In this document: in pieces, positions 37,112 to 49,548 of the stretch | Layout: each line of letters starts with the position of its first letter | Numbering within the stretch: position 1 is the first letter of the stretch | Source: Heptranchias perlo | Taxonomy: Eukaryota | Assembly: GCF_035084215.1 (NCBI RefSeq) | Contig: NC_090325.1 | Location: forward strand, 182,714,001 to 182,778,000 | DNA: 64,000 nucleotides | Direction of reading: 5' to 3' | Translations under genes and position numbers: made by a program | The notes under the pieces: generated by a model | Told to the model about the DNA's origin: nothing | Databases searched by the model: none | Seen by the model: only the letters and a program-made list of their open reading frames with translations

Positions 37112-38560
37112 GCCACTGTTTTTAACATTGATCTGTCAGAGTAGCTTTTTCTGCTGTATGGATGCCTTTTGGTCTCCCTAGTTGCATTATTGGCTTAGCT
37201 GCCCTAATTCCCAGAGTTTCTCGTCTTCATGCTTTTGCTGGCCACCTCGCTACTTAGAGTTTTTGTTCCATGGACTTTCGTGGGCTGCCCTCCCCCACCC
37301 CCCACCAAGAATTTTTTTCGCTCTGTTTTACCAGCTATCCTGCTCTGGACTTCTTTGTGCACCTGGCCCATCTTACAGTCTGCACCACAGCTGTCCCGCT
37401 GCCTGAATTTTTCTGTGCCTAACCCACTTGCATCTACCAGTTTTCAATAGATTGTGTAGAAGTGTGGGGGCACTTTTTCATTGAAGAGGCAGAATGGGAT
37501 GCAGTAGTTGGCAGCAGGGTGAGGCACAGGGGGAAGGATGACAATGGAAAGGCATCATGAGAGACCCATGAAGAAAGTGGGGACAGCTGAAGGATTGTCA
37601 GTTTATATGTAAACTGAAATTTTGAAGTGAACACATTTTTAAATTTAAAATATTTAGAAGTTAAAAGGTCCAATAAAAGGTTCACTGCTATCTTTCTGCA
37701 ATCTTGCCAAACAAAAAAAGATAGCCGTTTAGCTATTTGAGAAAGTCACAAATGCACTCCACAGCACCACCTGGTGGCCAGATTGTGCAGCTGTCGTAAG
37801 ACAGTTTACATGGATTGGTTCCATTATAAACCTGGACATAAGAATCTATAATGGAAAAAATTGACACAAAAGTGTATCAAAAAGAATTAAGGTTTTGCAT
37901 ACAGGAAGTGCATGCGGATGTAAGATGTAGATAGATTAGCTTTCTTCGTAGATTTGTGATTTTATTTTGTCTGTTCAAGGAGTTAAGTGGAAGGTTGCCC
38001 ACTGTAAATATTTATAATATATGATTGTTACTTAGGTCATGTTCACCTTTTGTAAAATAAATTTTAAAATAAGTGTTAAACTTAAAAGGAGGTCTGATGT
38101 GATGCTCTACCACTTTGAAAAATTGGAATAACATCTTGTGAAGACGTAATTTAATTCCAGCACCTAAATGTGATTGCCAGGCAGGATTTGCTTTTGGTTT
38201 CTGATCATGTTACTGAAAGCTTACGTAGATCTCTAGGCAAGGATGGACACTTTTGAATGTATGCTGAGCTGGGACTCACTCATGAGATTGATATACGATG
38301 TGAGAGCCGAAATAAGAAAGGGTAAGAAAGTTTAAAAAAAGAAACAAAAACTTGACTGGGAGATAAAGGACCTGCTGCACTATCCAGTCCCATGAGATTT
38401 AAAGATCTCGTCCGCTCTATCTGTAGCTTTTTAAAAAAAAGTTCTCTTCTGGGGTCAGATTCACAAATCTGTAATAAAGATGTACATCTTGCTGGAATAT
38501 GTCAAATATATTTTTATATGATTTAGTCTAGCTATTTTTTAATATATTCTGTTATTCTAG

Positions 38561-38648
38561 AACTGAGCATCAGAACATCCATCCTGAGAACCAGGAACGT
38601 GTGAGGGAGCTCCGGCAACATCTCCAAGCTGAGGCTTTAAATTACCAG
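38561..38648 (+). CDS. RNF170: RNF170 coding exon 2 (TEHQNIHPENQERVRELRQHLQAEALNYQ)
   Basis: ttattctag acceptor, CAG|GTGAGA donor, phase 2 in and phase 0 out. The HQNIHPENQE motif is identical to human RNF170. Confidence 0.95.
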
Positions 38649-38799
38649 GTGAGATTTTCATTCATTAATAATTTCACTACATCATTTGGTATTGTTTGAC
38701 CACTATATCACAGAAATATCTCTAGTGGCCAAATAAGTAAAATCAAAACCTACGGCTTAAAATAGTTTATAAAGCATAGGTAGATACTATGGGTTGCTG

Positions 38800-39090
38800 C
38801 ATTTATGGAGGTGTCGTTGTTCAGACAAAATGTTAAGCTGTTCAGGTGGATGTAACAGATCCAATGGCACTATTTGAAGAAGAGCACAGAGTTCTCCCGA
38901 TATTTCTCCCTCAACAGAAACCACCAAAAGCAGTTTGTGGGATCTTCCTTTGTGCAGGTTGGCTGCTGACTTTACCTACACAACAACAGTGGCTACACTT
39001 CAAAAGTAATTCATTAGCTGTGAAGCAATTTGGACAGCATGAGGGTGTGAAAAGGCACTACATAAACACAACTTTTTCTTTCTTTGTTTG
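38800..39090 (+). mobile_element. Deu-domain SINE body and tail
   Basis: gatgtaacagatccaatggcactatttgaagaagagc...ctacacttcaaaagtaattcattagctgtgaagc. Confidence 0.75.
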
Positions 39091-40089
39091 CTGATGTTTA
39101 GTTGGAGGAAATTTTGATTCATCCAATCTTGATATCAGACAGGTAGGCTGACAACACAGAGACAGTCTTGAGATCAAGTGAATTGATGGAGGGGTACAGC
39201 AGGGTATCATCAGTATGTATTTGAAAGCTGACCCCATGCATCTAGATGATGTAACTGAGGGAGTCACAGAGGATTGTGATTTTGGCCAAGGCGATCTTGA
39301 AGTTGGACTGAGAGGATTTGATTGAGAGAAACATTGGGCAGGACACCTGGAAAGTTCCCAGCTCTTTAAATAGTGCTGGGAAGCAATTAAATGTTTAATG
39401 ACCTTGGTGAGGAAAGGGAGGTCGGAGATGGGATGCAGCTGAGGAGGATGACTGGGTTGAAGTTAAGTTTTTTTGAGGAGGGAGTGGTGACACCAATTTT
39501 GAAAGGGTTGAAGCCTGAACAAAGAACAATGCCAGAAAGCATGTCGGCCAAAACTTTAAACATGCAAATCTGTTAACTGTTACAAGATCAAATTTCACAC
39601 GCTAAGAACAATTTGTTACTTTTAAGGGGAATAAATATATTAGAATGAGGCAGTTGGGTCGGAATATGGGCCATAGGCTCACATTGACCATGTTAAAACC
39701 CAGATCCTTAATTTACCCCAAACTAACTAGCTGATGGTAGCATTTTAACACAAATTTCAAATTTTGTGCAGGCATTCAAATGATAACATTTGCTCACTTT
39801 TAAACCACAAATGGCACCTTGGTGATGGTACTTGGATATTCAGAAACTTTTTATGGGAGTGTTTTGTATAACTTTTGAAACCTGATTGATAGTAATAGGT
39901 CACTACACCTTTACCCATAACATATTTAAAAGATTTGTTTCCAACTTGCCAAACACATGTGTCTTGCATCACACTTGAAAGAGTCACACTTGCACCTGAT
40001 TGGATCAGATAACCTTATTGATTTGTTCAAAATAGGTAGATAAGAAAACCTACCAGTCATAACCTACCAATTTAGACAAAACCAATCAA

Positions 40090-40412
40090 GTGTCAACTTG
40101 GCTCAATTGGTAGCAGTCTTTCCTCCAAAGTCAGAAGATTGTGGGTTCCAGCCCCACTCGAGGACTTGAGCATGTAACCTAGGCTGACACTTCAGTGCTG
40201 AGTTGCTGCATGAGACATTAAGCCGAGATCAGTCTGCCTGTTCAGCTATACTTAAAAGATTGTATGGTGTTTATGGAACAAAAGCAGGGAGTTATCCTGG
40301 TAACCTCAACCAACATTTGCAGGACCATGCTATGCACAAAAGTAATTCCTTGGCTGCGAAGCACGTTGCAACATCCTGAAGATGTGAAAGGTACTATACA
40401 AATGCAAATTCA
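40090..40412 (+). mobile_element. Deu-domain SINE with a tRNA-like head
   Basis: A-box TGGCTCAATTGG and B-box-like GGTTCCAGCCC, followed by an internally deleted body and an L2-like tail. Confidence 0.75.
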
Positions 40413-40964
40413 ATCATTCTTTCAATCAAATTGATTTTAAAAAATTTCAAGCTTATCTGGAACCAGCAACAATGACAAAACGAACCAATGAAATCACTCA
40501 AAGAAATGTTGACTCTTTTGGCCACTATGTTCTTTCCTCAGCTAATTAACTGTACACAGATTTTTAATAATACAATTTATAAATTAACATAGACAAAATT
40601 TAATTTGCAAAAAATGTTTTACATTTTTTTTGTAAAATTGTCCAATTTGAGTTGGAAGTATGTCCAGTAAGATTTTCTTGAAGTCCTACTTGTGTTTGAG
40701 GCCTTACTGCTTGAGTTTAGCTCCTTCCCTTGATCTGGTTTCTTGTTGTAAATTTGCAGTAGTTTCTCCTGAACAATTTGTATTAATCATGGCAACCTCC
40801 TCCCTTCAGCAAAACCACAAGTGTGCTAAGGCAGGCCTGACCCACTCCCTGTGCTACCAAGGTGCCTCAGCTCACTCACTTCCACTCCATGCACTGCAGA
40901 GTTGTGCCATGATCTGCTTCTTCCCAAATGATCGTGTGAATACTGCAGGCAAATAGGGAGAGAA

Positions 40965-41200
40965 ATGTTTTGCAGACAACAGGAAAGTAAGGGGGGGGGG
41001 GGAAGGGAAAGGAAAAATGAGGATAAAGTGAGAAGTAGAGGAGAGTTAAAGAGAAGATGAAGTGAAAGAGGAGAGTAAGCGAGGACAGAAATGTCATGGG
41101 ACAGCAAGAGAAAAACAGAGGAGTAAGATCAGTGAAGAAGAACAATAGGCGTGAAGGAGAAGAGAGAGGCAGAAGTGTAGGTGAGGAAAGAGAGAGGCAC
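40965..41200. repeat. Purine-rich (GA) low-complexity tract with a long G run
   Basis: Almost exclusively A and G on the plus strand; a similar tract lies at about 16725-16935. Confidence 0.7.
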
Positions 41201-42069
41201 TTTAGTAAACTTAACAGTACCATTATGCTTAGCTAGCAGGGCATATGAAGCCTCAAATCTTTTGGTGAGGCTTGATGCAATAGAGTTTGAGAATTACTGA
41301 ATTGGATAGTTTTTGGTGACATTTATTCTCTCAGGTGGACATGCGTGAATGGGCAGTAGAAAGGAGGAAATTAAAAATATAGGAAAATATTTTGCTCCAT
41401 AGTTTTAAAACATTGCTCCAATGAAATTAGGTGTACCCATCCCGGCTTGCCGAAGAGATGCGATGGCAACACTTCAATTACTGAGATTTGGCCACATTGT
41501 TATCCCCTCCAGCACCTCCGATTTGTTTCCCACCTAAAAACATTTTTCTGCATTGTCTTCCATCTGTTTCTTTCCCAATTCCCACAGCTGCCAACTCTGC
41601 CACATTGTGGCATATCTATTGTACTACCGGCCGTTCTTGTGTTTGGCCACAGGCCTACACACTAAACTGCTTCCAGACCCACCTCCCGTACCTCCCAGCC
41701 TCATCTGTCCACCTAGTGCTTCAAGGCCTCGAATCACAATTCCACCAAATGTCTTGAGACTCCAGCGCTTCCACACCGCATCCCAGGCACTAGGTTCCAT
41801 CCTCCATTGTTCACATGCCCCTCACCTTATCATACAATTACATCCAAGTTCAGTCCTCCCACCAGTGCCTCCAGGCTGGGTCCTCCGTCTGCTCCATTCG
41901 ACACACCAACCCAACCTCCTCTTCCTCTCAGGTGCAGGCACCTCTTTTACCATGTTGCAGCATATCTCCGAGAGCCTCTCCGCACTGCAGCTCCAGCCCA
42001 GTATATTTTGCAATGCATCCTCCAGTGTAAAAAGTTCTTTATAAATAGTAATTAAGTACATTAAAAAAA

Positions 42070-42681
42070 GGGATCGATTTTGAGTACCCTCGCCTGGTGT
42101 TAACAGGGCAGTAACGGCTTCAAAATGGGATCGGTAGTATTACCATCCCGTTAACACCAGCAATGCGTCGGGCTCCATTTTGAAAGGGGCCTACCACCAG
42201 GTTTTCAAAGCGCCAGCCTGTTTCAAGCGATAGGTCCCTTTTTTATATGGAAATCAAGGTCCTATGACACAAATAGGATCCTGATTGCCATTTTAGGTAG
42301 GAACTGGTTGGAGGCTGTGCAGTGCAGGCTTCAATCAGTTCCAGGGGAGATGGAAGAGATAAGGCCCTCTAAAGCCAAGTCTTTTTGTGGCACCCGGAGG
42401 AGCAGGAGTGCACCTCCGGGACCCGCATAATTAGTCAGCCGCTGCTGCACTGGGACCTACACAACTGCAACCATTGCCCCAGGCGATTTACCTTGCTGGA
42501 GTCAGAGCCAGCTCCAGCCCGATTTCCCATCTTCAATCTGGAGAGCTGTGCCGGGATGCCTGTTTGACGCTCTGCAGCTCACCTGGCGAATTCAAATGAG
42601 GCTGGAGCCTCAAAATCTTGGGGGCCACTTCGCCATCAATGCACTCCGCTGGTCGGCCACCCAAAAGTCAAAATCTACCAC
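42070..42681. mobile_element. Probable non-autonomous Harbinger-like MITE
   Basis: GC-rich 0.6-kb block bounded by imperfect inverted ends GGGATCGATTTTGA and TCAAAATCTACCAC, similar in style to the TIR at 846-858. No clear TSD. Confidence 0.5.
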
Positions 42682-42752
42682 CGGGTGTTTGAGAGCCACA
42701 CAGACATTGGGGATGTGAATTATTTCATTTGACTTTCTTTCTATTGTTACAG

Positions 42753-42861
42753 GATGGATTTGAAAGGGATAGGCACCAATTCTACACTGATATGTCCTGT
42801 CCCGTCTGTTTACAGCAAGCTGCATTCCCTGTTGAAACCAACTGTGGTCACCTCTTCTGTG
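42753..42861 (+). CDS. RNF170: RNF170 coding exon 3, first part of C3HC4 RING ([36 protein letters not shown])
   Basis: ttgttacag acceptor, G|GTATGT donor, 109 nt. Matches human [29 protein letters not shown]. Confidence 0.97.
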
Positions 42862-43299
42862 GTATGTGACTATTGCATTGAAATGAAAACTAAAATAAAA
42901 AACAAAAGGATTTTACAATATTTAGGGTTGTGTTTCAATTTGAATTTCAACCACTTGAGAAGACTTCAGTGATCTAGTGAAATTCATAAAGGGTTTAAAT
43001 GGTAGAAGATAGGAAGACTCCTTAATAATTTGGAAGTGAGTTGAGTAGGTCTTCTGAGAGTAAACTGTATTTCTTTGTTTTGAGCACAGTCCTGTTAGAC
43101 TCCACATATGTCAAGTAATGACAATCATTAGGGATATCGATCTTTTAAAACATTTTCTCCTGCACTGTGATTTTTCTCTTCTCATTTCCTACTTATAGTA
43201 GGTTTTATTTGTGAAGGGGGTTTATGTTACCTGATTTATTTGGATTGTTACTGTAAGGGAGAAACCAGAAAGATATCTGGAGAACGAGTATATAACAAA

Positions 43300-44577
43300 G
43301 AATAGTCAGCACAGATTTCAGAAGGGAAAGTCGTGCTTGACGAACCTTATTGAATTCTTTGAAGAAGTCACAGAAAGTGACATGGGTGATGCAGTAGATG
43401 TAATATATTTGGATTTTCAAAAGGTCTTCGATAAGCTACCGCATTGTAGACTCATGGCTAAGATCAGAGCATGTGGAGTCGGGGGACAGGTAGCAGAATG
43501 GATAGCTAGTTGGCTACAAAACAGAAAAGAGAGAGTACGGGTCAGACTGGAAAAAGGTGATAAGTGGTGTACCACAGGGATCGGTGCCGGGACCCATTGT
43601 TGTTCACAATTTACATTAACGATTTGGATTCGGAAATCGGAAGTACAATTTCAAAATTTGTGGACAACTCCAAATTGGGGGTGTAGTTAATGCAAAGGAA
43701 AAATGCGTCAAAATTCAAGAGGACATTAATAAACTTGCAGAATGGGCGTGTAATCGGCAAATGAATTTCAATATAGTTAAGTGTGAGATGGTGCATTTTG
43801 GTAGGAAGAATAAGGAGGCCACATACTGCTTGGATAATCGTCTAAACAGGATAGAGGAGCAAAGGGATCTGGGGTACAGATACACAAATCACTAAACGTA
43901 GCAACGCGGGTTAATAAGGCCATTAAAAAAGGCAAATCAAGCACTAGGGTTCATTTCTAGAGGGATAGAATTGACAAGTAAATAAGTTCTGTTAAACTTG
44001 TACAGAACCTTGGTTCTCACACTTGGCAAATTGTGCACAGTCCTGGTCTCCATATTATAGAAAGGATGTAGAGGCATTGGAGAAGGTGGAAAAAAGATTC
44101 GCAAGTATGATACCAGAACTGAGGGGATATACTTTTCAGGAAAGGCTGAACAGGCTGGCGCTCTTTTCTCTAGAAAAGAGAAGGCCGAGGGGTGACCTGA
44201 TGGGGGTCTTTAAGATAATATGGTTTGATAGGATAGACGTAGAGAAAATATTTTCACTTGTGGGGGAGTCCAAAACTAGAGGTCATAAATATAAAATAGT
44301 CACTAATAAATCCAATAGGGAATTCAGAAGAAACTTCTTTACCCAAAGAGTGGTAAGAATGTGGAACGCGCTACCACAAGGATAGTTGAGGCAAATAGCA
44401 TAGATGCATTAAAGGGGAAGCTAGATAAGCATATGAGGGAGAAAGGAATAGAAGGTTATCCTGACAGGGTTAGATGAAGTAGGGAGGCAGGAGCCTCATG
44501 TGGAGCATAAATGCCAGCATAGACCATTTGGGCCAAATGGTGGTTCTGTGCTGTAGTTTCGATGTAACTCTGTGTAA
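43300..44577 (+). mobile_element. CR1-type LINE, 3' 1.3 kb (second subfamily)
   Basis: TNLIEFFEEVT...DVIYLDFQKVFDKLPH; RRNFFTQRVVRMWNALP; tail atgtaactctgtgtaa. Confidence 0.93.
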
Positions 44578-47067
44578 GAAGCATCACACCCCCATGACCT
44601 GCATTTTCTGTATTTGCGCTGTTACTGTAAAGGAGAAGCTGGTTTTGTAACTTGCTTTGTGTATTTCTGAGTTCCTCATAAAAATTTTTTTGGGTGTTTC
44701 AACTTCAAAAAGCTGTCAACTGCAGGAGTAACCGCTGGGCACAATCAGTGCCTTTTATATGGCTAATAATTTCATTTTGTACAAATTTTGCCAACCAGAG
44801 TAAGAAGTTTACATCAATTCCAGTGACTAAGCTTAAAATCAGGGCTGGTTTAAGTTGCATGCTTTGTTTTTGTTAAGGTTAAGAAGCTGAGAAATTCTGC
44901 TCTTAAGTCTTACTCTTACCAGTGCTTCTTGGGAAAAATTCAGCAATGAAGAATTAGGAAGGAGTTGGTTTGTACTTGTGTCTATAAAAATTATCTTCCA
45001 CTCCAAATCTGCACCAAATCTCTTGTTTGTTTGAATGTGGATCCAAGGTAGCATCACGAAAGCATCTGTAGAAGTGAAACATAACAAGAAAGGAACTCAT
45101 TGTTGATCATGGTTAAGTTCTCTCCCAGATCAGGAGTAGGACAAGATAAGTCTCGCATCTAAGCCCTGTTCCAAATATGGGTACCAATAACCATCACTCA
45201 TAAAGAAAGAACTTGCCTTAAAACGTTTTCATATCTCACAACGCTTTACAGCTAATGGATTATATTTGAAGTGCAATCACTGTTGCTATCAGTCTTATAA
45301 CCTGAGCTGCTTGTTGCATGCATTAAGAGAGAGACAGAAGGGGAGTGTGGCCATTAATAGCAACCAAATCATTTTGATTTCCAGATTTGCCAGTGAGTAC
45401 CTGCTCAATGTGTACAGGTTACATGTTTCCTGTGCCAGTCTGCAATGCCATATATTTTTAAATTTTAACTGCTTTCCTAAGTCTATGGGCTTAATATATT
45501 CATATGCTTTCAGTATCTACACACTGTTCACCTTGTCACATAAGTTGGGTGCTGCCATAAAACCTTGCACATTGCCCAGTTACCCACACATCATAAGATA
45601 GCCACATCATTTGTAAGTAGTTAAAGCAGCAAGGGTTGGAGAAGGGATCACTGCCAAAAGTTAAGGTCAGGACTCCCCAGAGCCTTGTTTATTTTCCCTG
45701 CTCTTTGATTTCTACAGCTAAGCCAGTTTTAAATTCATTTGGATAATTTTCTGTTAATTTGATCTATTTATTCAATTTATCAAACAACTTCTGAGAAAAT
45801 CCAAATGAAATGTATCCATTGATGCTCTTCACCCACCAACTTAATGACCTTCTCAGAGAATTCCAATGCATCTTTAAGACATAACTGCTTCTAAATCATA
45901 CTGGCTGCAGTTTATAGCATCTATATTCTTTAGGTTAACTAAGATTGACACAAAAGTTGACAAAAGTTTATGGTTAGACTCCTTGTACAGCTGACAAGTT
46001 AACAACTTTGAATAACAAGTCTGCCAGATATAATAAAAGTCTCGTTATTGTTGATGAACTCAACTTTTTAGTAATGATTTTTGGAATTTATATAACCTCA
46101 ACCTTCTAAGTTGCCCAGCTGAGTTGGTTGTCCCGCCCCCCGCCCCCCCCCCCCCCCCACTCCCTCTACGATGCTCCTGTTGGCCTTCTGGAACGTGAGT
46201 TCACTGAATCTCCATCTGTAGATGATGTCTATCTGGGTAGATCCATCCTGCATGTCGGTAGCTATTTTTGGACTGGAACTAGTTCAAATTTTGATTCCCT
46301 TATTCTCAGGAACGCTTTTGCTGCCTACAAGTGATGCACTTAAACCTTTCTTTATATCTAACTAGACTTCTGAACTTTACAGAAGTAATCTCCTGCTCAG
46401 AGACCTCTGGTATGCCAGACACTAATGTAGGACAAAGTTAGCTAAATATCTGAGTTGACCTTTTAAGGAACTCTCCTGTCCATCGATACCAAAGAAACTG
46501 GCCCAGAACACCTTGCGCAACACAGTCCTCCGCACTTCCTCTTCTACTGTCAGTGTGTATTTTTTTTGGTGTTCTGAATTACTGTGCCCCATCACAAAGA
46601 TTCACAATTTACACATCAAAATTGAATAAAATTTGCTGAATAAATCGAATGATGTGTATTGCCTTAGTAAAGAAAGAAGGAACTTACATTTATATAGCGC
46701 CTCAAACAATCTCAGGATGTCCCAAAGCACTTTACAGCCAATTAAGTACTTTTGAAGTTTAGTCACTATTGTAATGGAGGGAAATATGGCAGCCATGCAG
46801 CCTACCACTGCTGAAACTATGCTGGTCCCAGTAGGGGTTAGAAGATATTTTCTGTGGTCCATAAGGGGGTGCCTTGTGTTTGCTTTTTCCATCCTGTTAG
46901 AGCTTGTCATTTCTATATGGGAGTTCCCTAAATGATGGGGTGTTTTTGCTTTGTAGGAAATTGCAGTCTGCTCCAGCGATACTGAAGATACATTTTCTCA
47001 GTTAGAATTTTGAGCCTAGCAGGATAATTTATCCTGAATGGATGTCTTTGTTACAGATAGCAAATTT

Positions 47068-47379
47068 CCACCTCCCAAACCCACGACCTCCACCACCTAG
47101 AAGGACAAGAGCAGCAAGCACATGGGTACAACACCACTTGCACGTTCCCCTCCAAGTCACACACCATCCCGACTTGGAAATATATCGCCGTTCCTTCATC
47201 GTCGCTGGGTCAAAATCCTGGAACTCCCTTCCTAACAGCACTGTGGGAGAACCTTCACCACACGGACTGCAGCGGTTCAAGAAGGCGGCTCACCACCACC
47301 TTCTCAAGGGCAATTAGGGATGGGCAATAAATGCCGGCCTTGCCAGTGACGCCCACATCCCATGAACGAATAAAAGAAA
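47068..47379 (+). mobile_element. 5'-truncated copy 3 of the APE-RT LINE
   Basis: Nearly identical to 34921-35225; 11-bp TSD ATAGCAAATTT (47057-47067, 47380-47390). Confidence 0.93.
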
Positions 47380-49134
47380 ATAGCAAATTTAATATCAAAA
47401 GCCTTGCTTTTCTGTAGGAGCTCAGGTGGCATGTGCAAAAATCGAGGCATAGTTCATCTTGGCTCTGGTCTGGTTCATTTTTAGTTCCTTAGTCTGGAAA
47501 TTAATGACTTTTACAAAGGCCCTAATGTGATGTGGGTCTGCAACTATGGAGGTTAATGTGCTGTTGGTGTGTACTAGTGTCCATTCGTGGGAAGGACCTA
47601 TAGGCCTCCTGGGTGAAGGGATTGGTCTGTCCCTCGCCAGGTGTTCAGGGATAGTGAAGATCCTAATAATATTGTTGATATTGTCTATTTTTGCAATCAG
47701 TAGGCTTGTGTTTCTGTTAGCTTTTCTTTACCTTTGAGGATGTAGGACTGCAATTGCATTCTCTACTCAATTCTGACTGAGCACAAGGATTTTGTGCCAA
47801 TGGTCTGGATGGTCATCAAACGTTTCATTCAGCTTTATGGGTTACACCATTAGATTGGGGCAGCTAGTTAGTATCTGTCGATGGCTTTGCCCTGTGTTTA
47901 TTTATGTAGTTCTATCCTGGCTAGTGTGGGTGATTTATGTTCACACTACCAGCGGTAATGCAGTACATGGGGTCATGGTGTGGGCAGGGTTTTCTGAGTT
48001 CCAGGAAAAGATTTTTACTGTGAGAAACTTAGTGTGTTGGGTAAAGGGTAGGAGTTCACCAAAAAAAAATGAGGATGTAAATAAGGGCCTAGCAATCTGG
48101 TGTGTTTTTTTAAAATTTTAAAATAATGCCACTCTCATAAGTATACTTAGTGCATGCTAAATGGTAACATCCTTAATGGAGGAACATAGATCTAGGAGTG
48201 CTCATATATAGATCTTTAGAGGTGGTAATGCAGATAGAAAAAGTGCAAAACCACAGATTAGGCATTTTTAATATGAAAAAGGAGAAAGCTAAAATGGCTG
48301 TGGTGTAAATTGCTAGGTCAGGATAAGAAGGAAGACAGTTTCCTTATGAAGAGATAGGAAGGGTATATGAGAACGGAAGATATGTTTTAATTGGAGACTT
48401 CAACTAACCACATGTAATTAAGTATATTTAAAAAGAACATGTAAATTTGAAATATCCAAATGCTCCAGAAATCTGCGTTAATAAAAGTAACTTAGGACTG
48501 CTTCATGATCAAGCGTCTTAAAGTAGTGCACATCTTGAGTTGGTAATGTTAAGTGACCCACATAGCATGCAGAAAATGAACTCATGGCCTCTCTAGGGGG
48601 ACAGCAACCGCAGAATGATCAACTTCAACATAATCTGGGATTCAGAAGATCAGGAGCCTAGGATATAATTTTAAAAGGCTAACTCAAGGGTTTAACACAC
48701 TCCAGTACAGGAGAAATTAAATACTTTTAAAGCCATTCAGCTGAGCACTGTAGAATAAATATATAGCTAGGACTGGGAAGCATAGACCAAATAAACATAA
48801 TTCTAAATGGATCAACAAAATAACCAACAGTGATATAAGGAAACAAATTAACTAACATAAATTCTGCATGCCATGAGGGAGGACACTGGGATGAAAATCA
48901 GAATATTCAGAAACATGTTAAAAGGGTGGACAGAGGAGCAAAGAGGAATCTAGAAATGAGAGTAGCTACAGACCCAAAACAAACAGTAAGAAATTCTTTC
49001 AGTATCATAACAGGACAATCGGAGAAGGGGTGCAAACGGGGCCAAAGCTGAGATTAATATACTAAATGATGATTTCCTCAAAGAATTCACTAAGGAAGAC
49101 ATGAGCAATGGCAAGTCCCCCTACACTGAAAACA

Positions 49135-49548
49135 GGCTAATCTACATTGACTCCCTGTTTTCCCCAATGCATTGAATTTAAAATCCTTGTTCTCATCTTC
49201 ATAACTCTCCATGGCCTCACGCCACCTTATTTCTACAACCATCTCCTGCCTTGTATGTCTTCTTGCATCCTTTGATCCTCCGACTCTGGCATCCCGCCCT
49301 CCCTTCAACCCAAAATTAGTAGCTACTCGTAGCACTGCACTCCGGAACAGTCTCTCTCTAAATCTCTCTCCTTTTAAGAACCTTCTCAAAATCCATCTTT
49401 TCAATCAAGCTTTCAGTTGCCTCTCCTAACTCTCCCACCATGACTTGGCATCTGTTCCTTTATCCATTTTTTTTTCATTTCCTCTTTGTAGAGCGCCTTG
49501 ACACATTGCCTACATTAAAGACACTATATAACTGCAAGTCATTGTTGT
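49135..49548 (+). mobile_element. L2-type LINE 3' end, degenerate
   Basis: ctacattgactccctgtt...tttaaaatcc and tail agcgccttg...ctatataactgcaagtc. Confidence 0.7.

Noticed and set aside
40090-40170. tRNA gene (also 56959-57040 and 57536-57615)
   Set aside because: A/B-box-like motifs are present but I could not fold a cloverleaf, and each continues into a SINE body.
41447-42055. Pyrimidine-rich ORF cluster (up to 163 aa)
   Set aside because: No recognisable domain or splice context; possibly a decayed retroelement, but I could not assign it.
42754-42972. [13 protein letters not shown]... as a protein
   Set aside because: It is an off-frame reading of the RNF170 RING exon running on into the intron.
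46130-46160. Poly-C tracts as functional G-quadruplexes (also 63633-63651)
   Set aside because: Simple homopolymer runs with no supporting context; their lengths are also error-prone.
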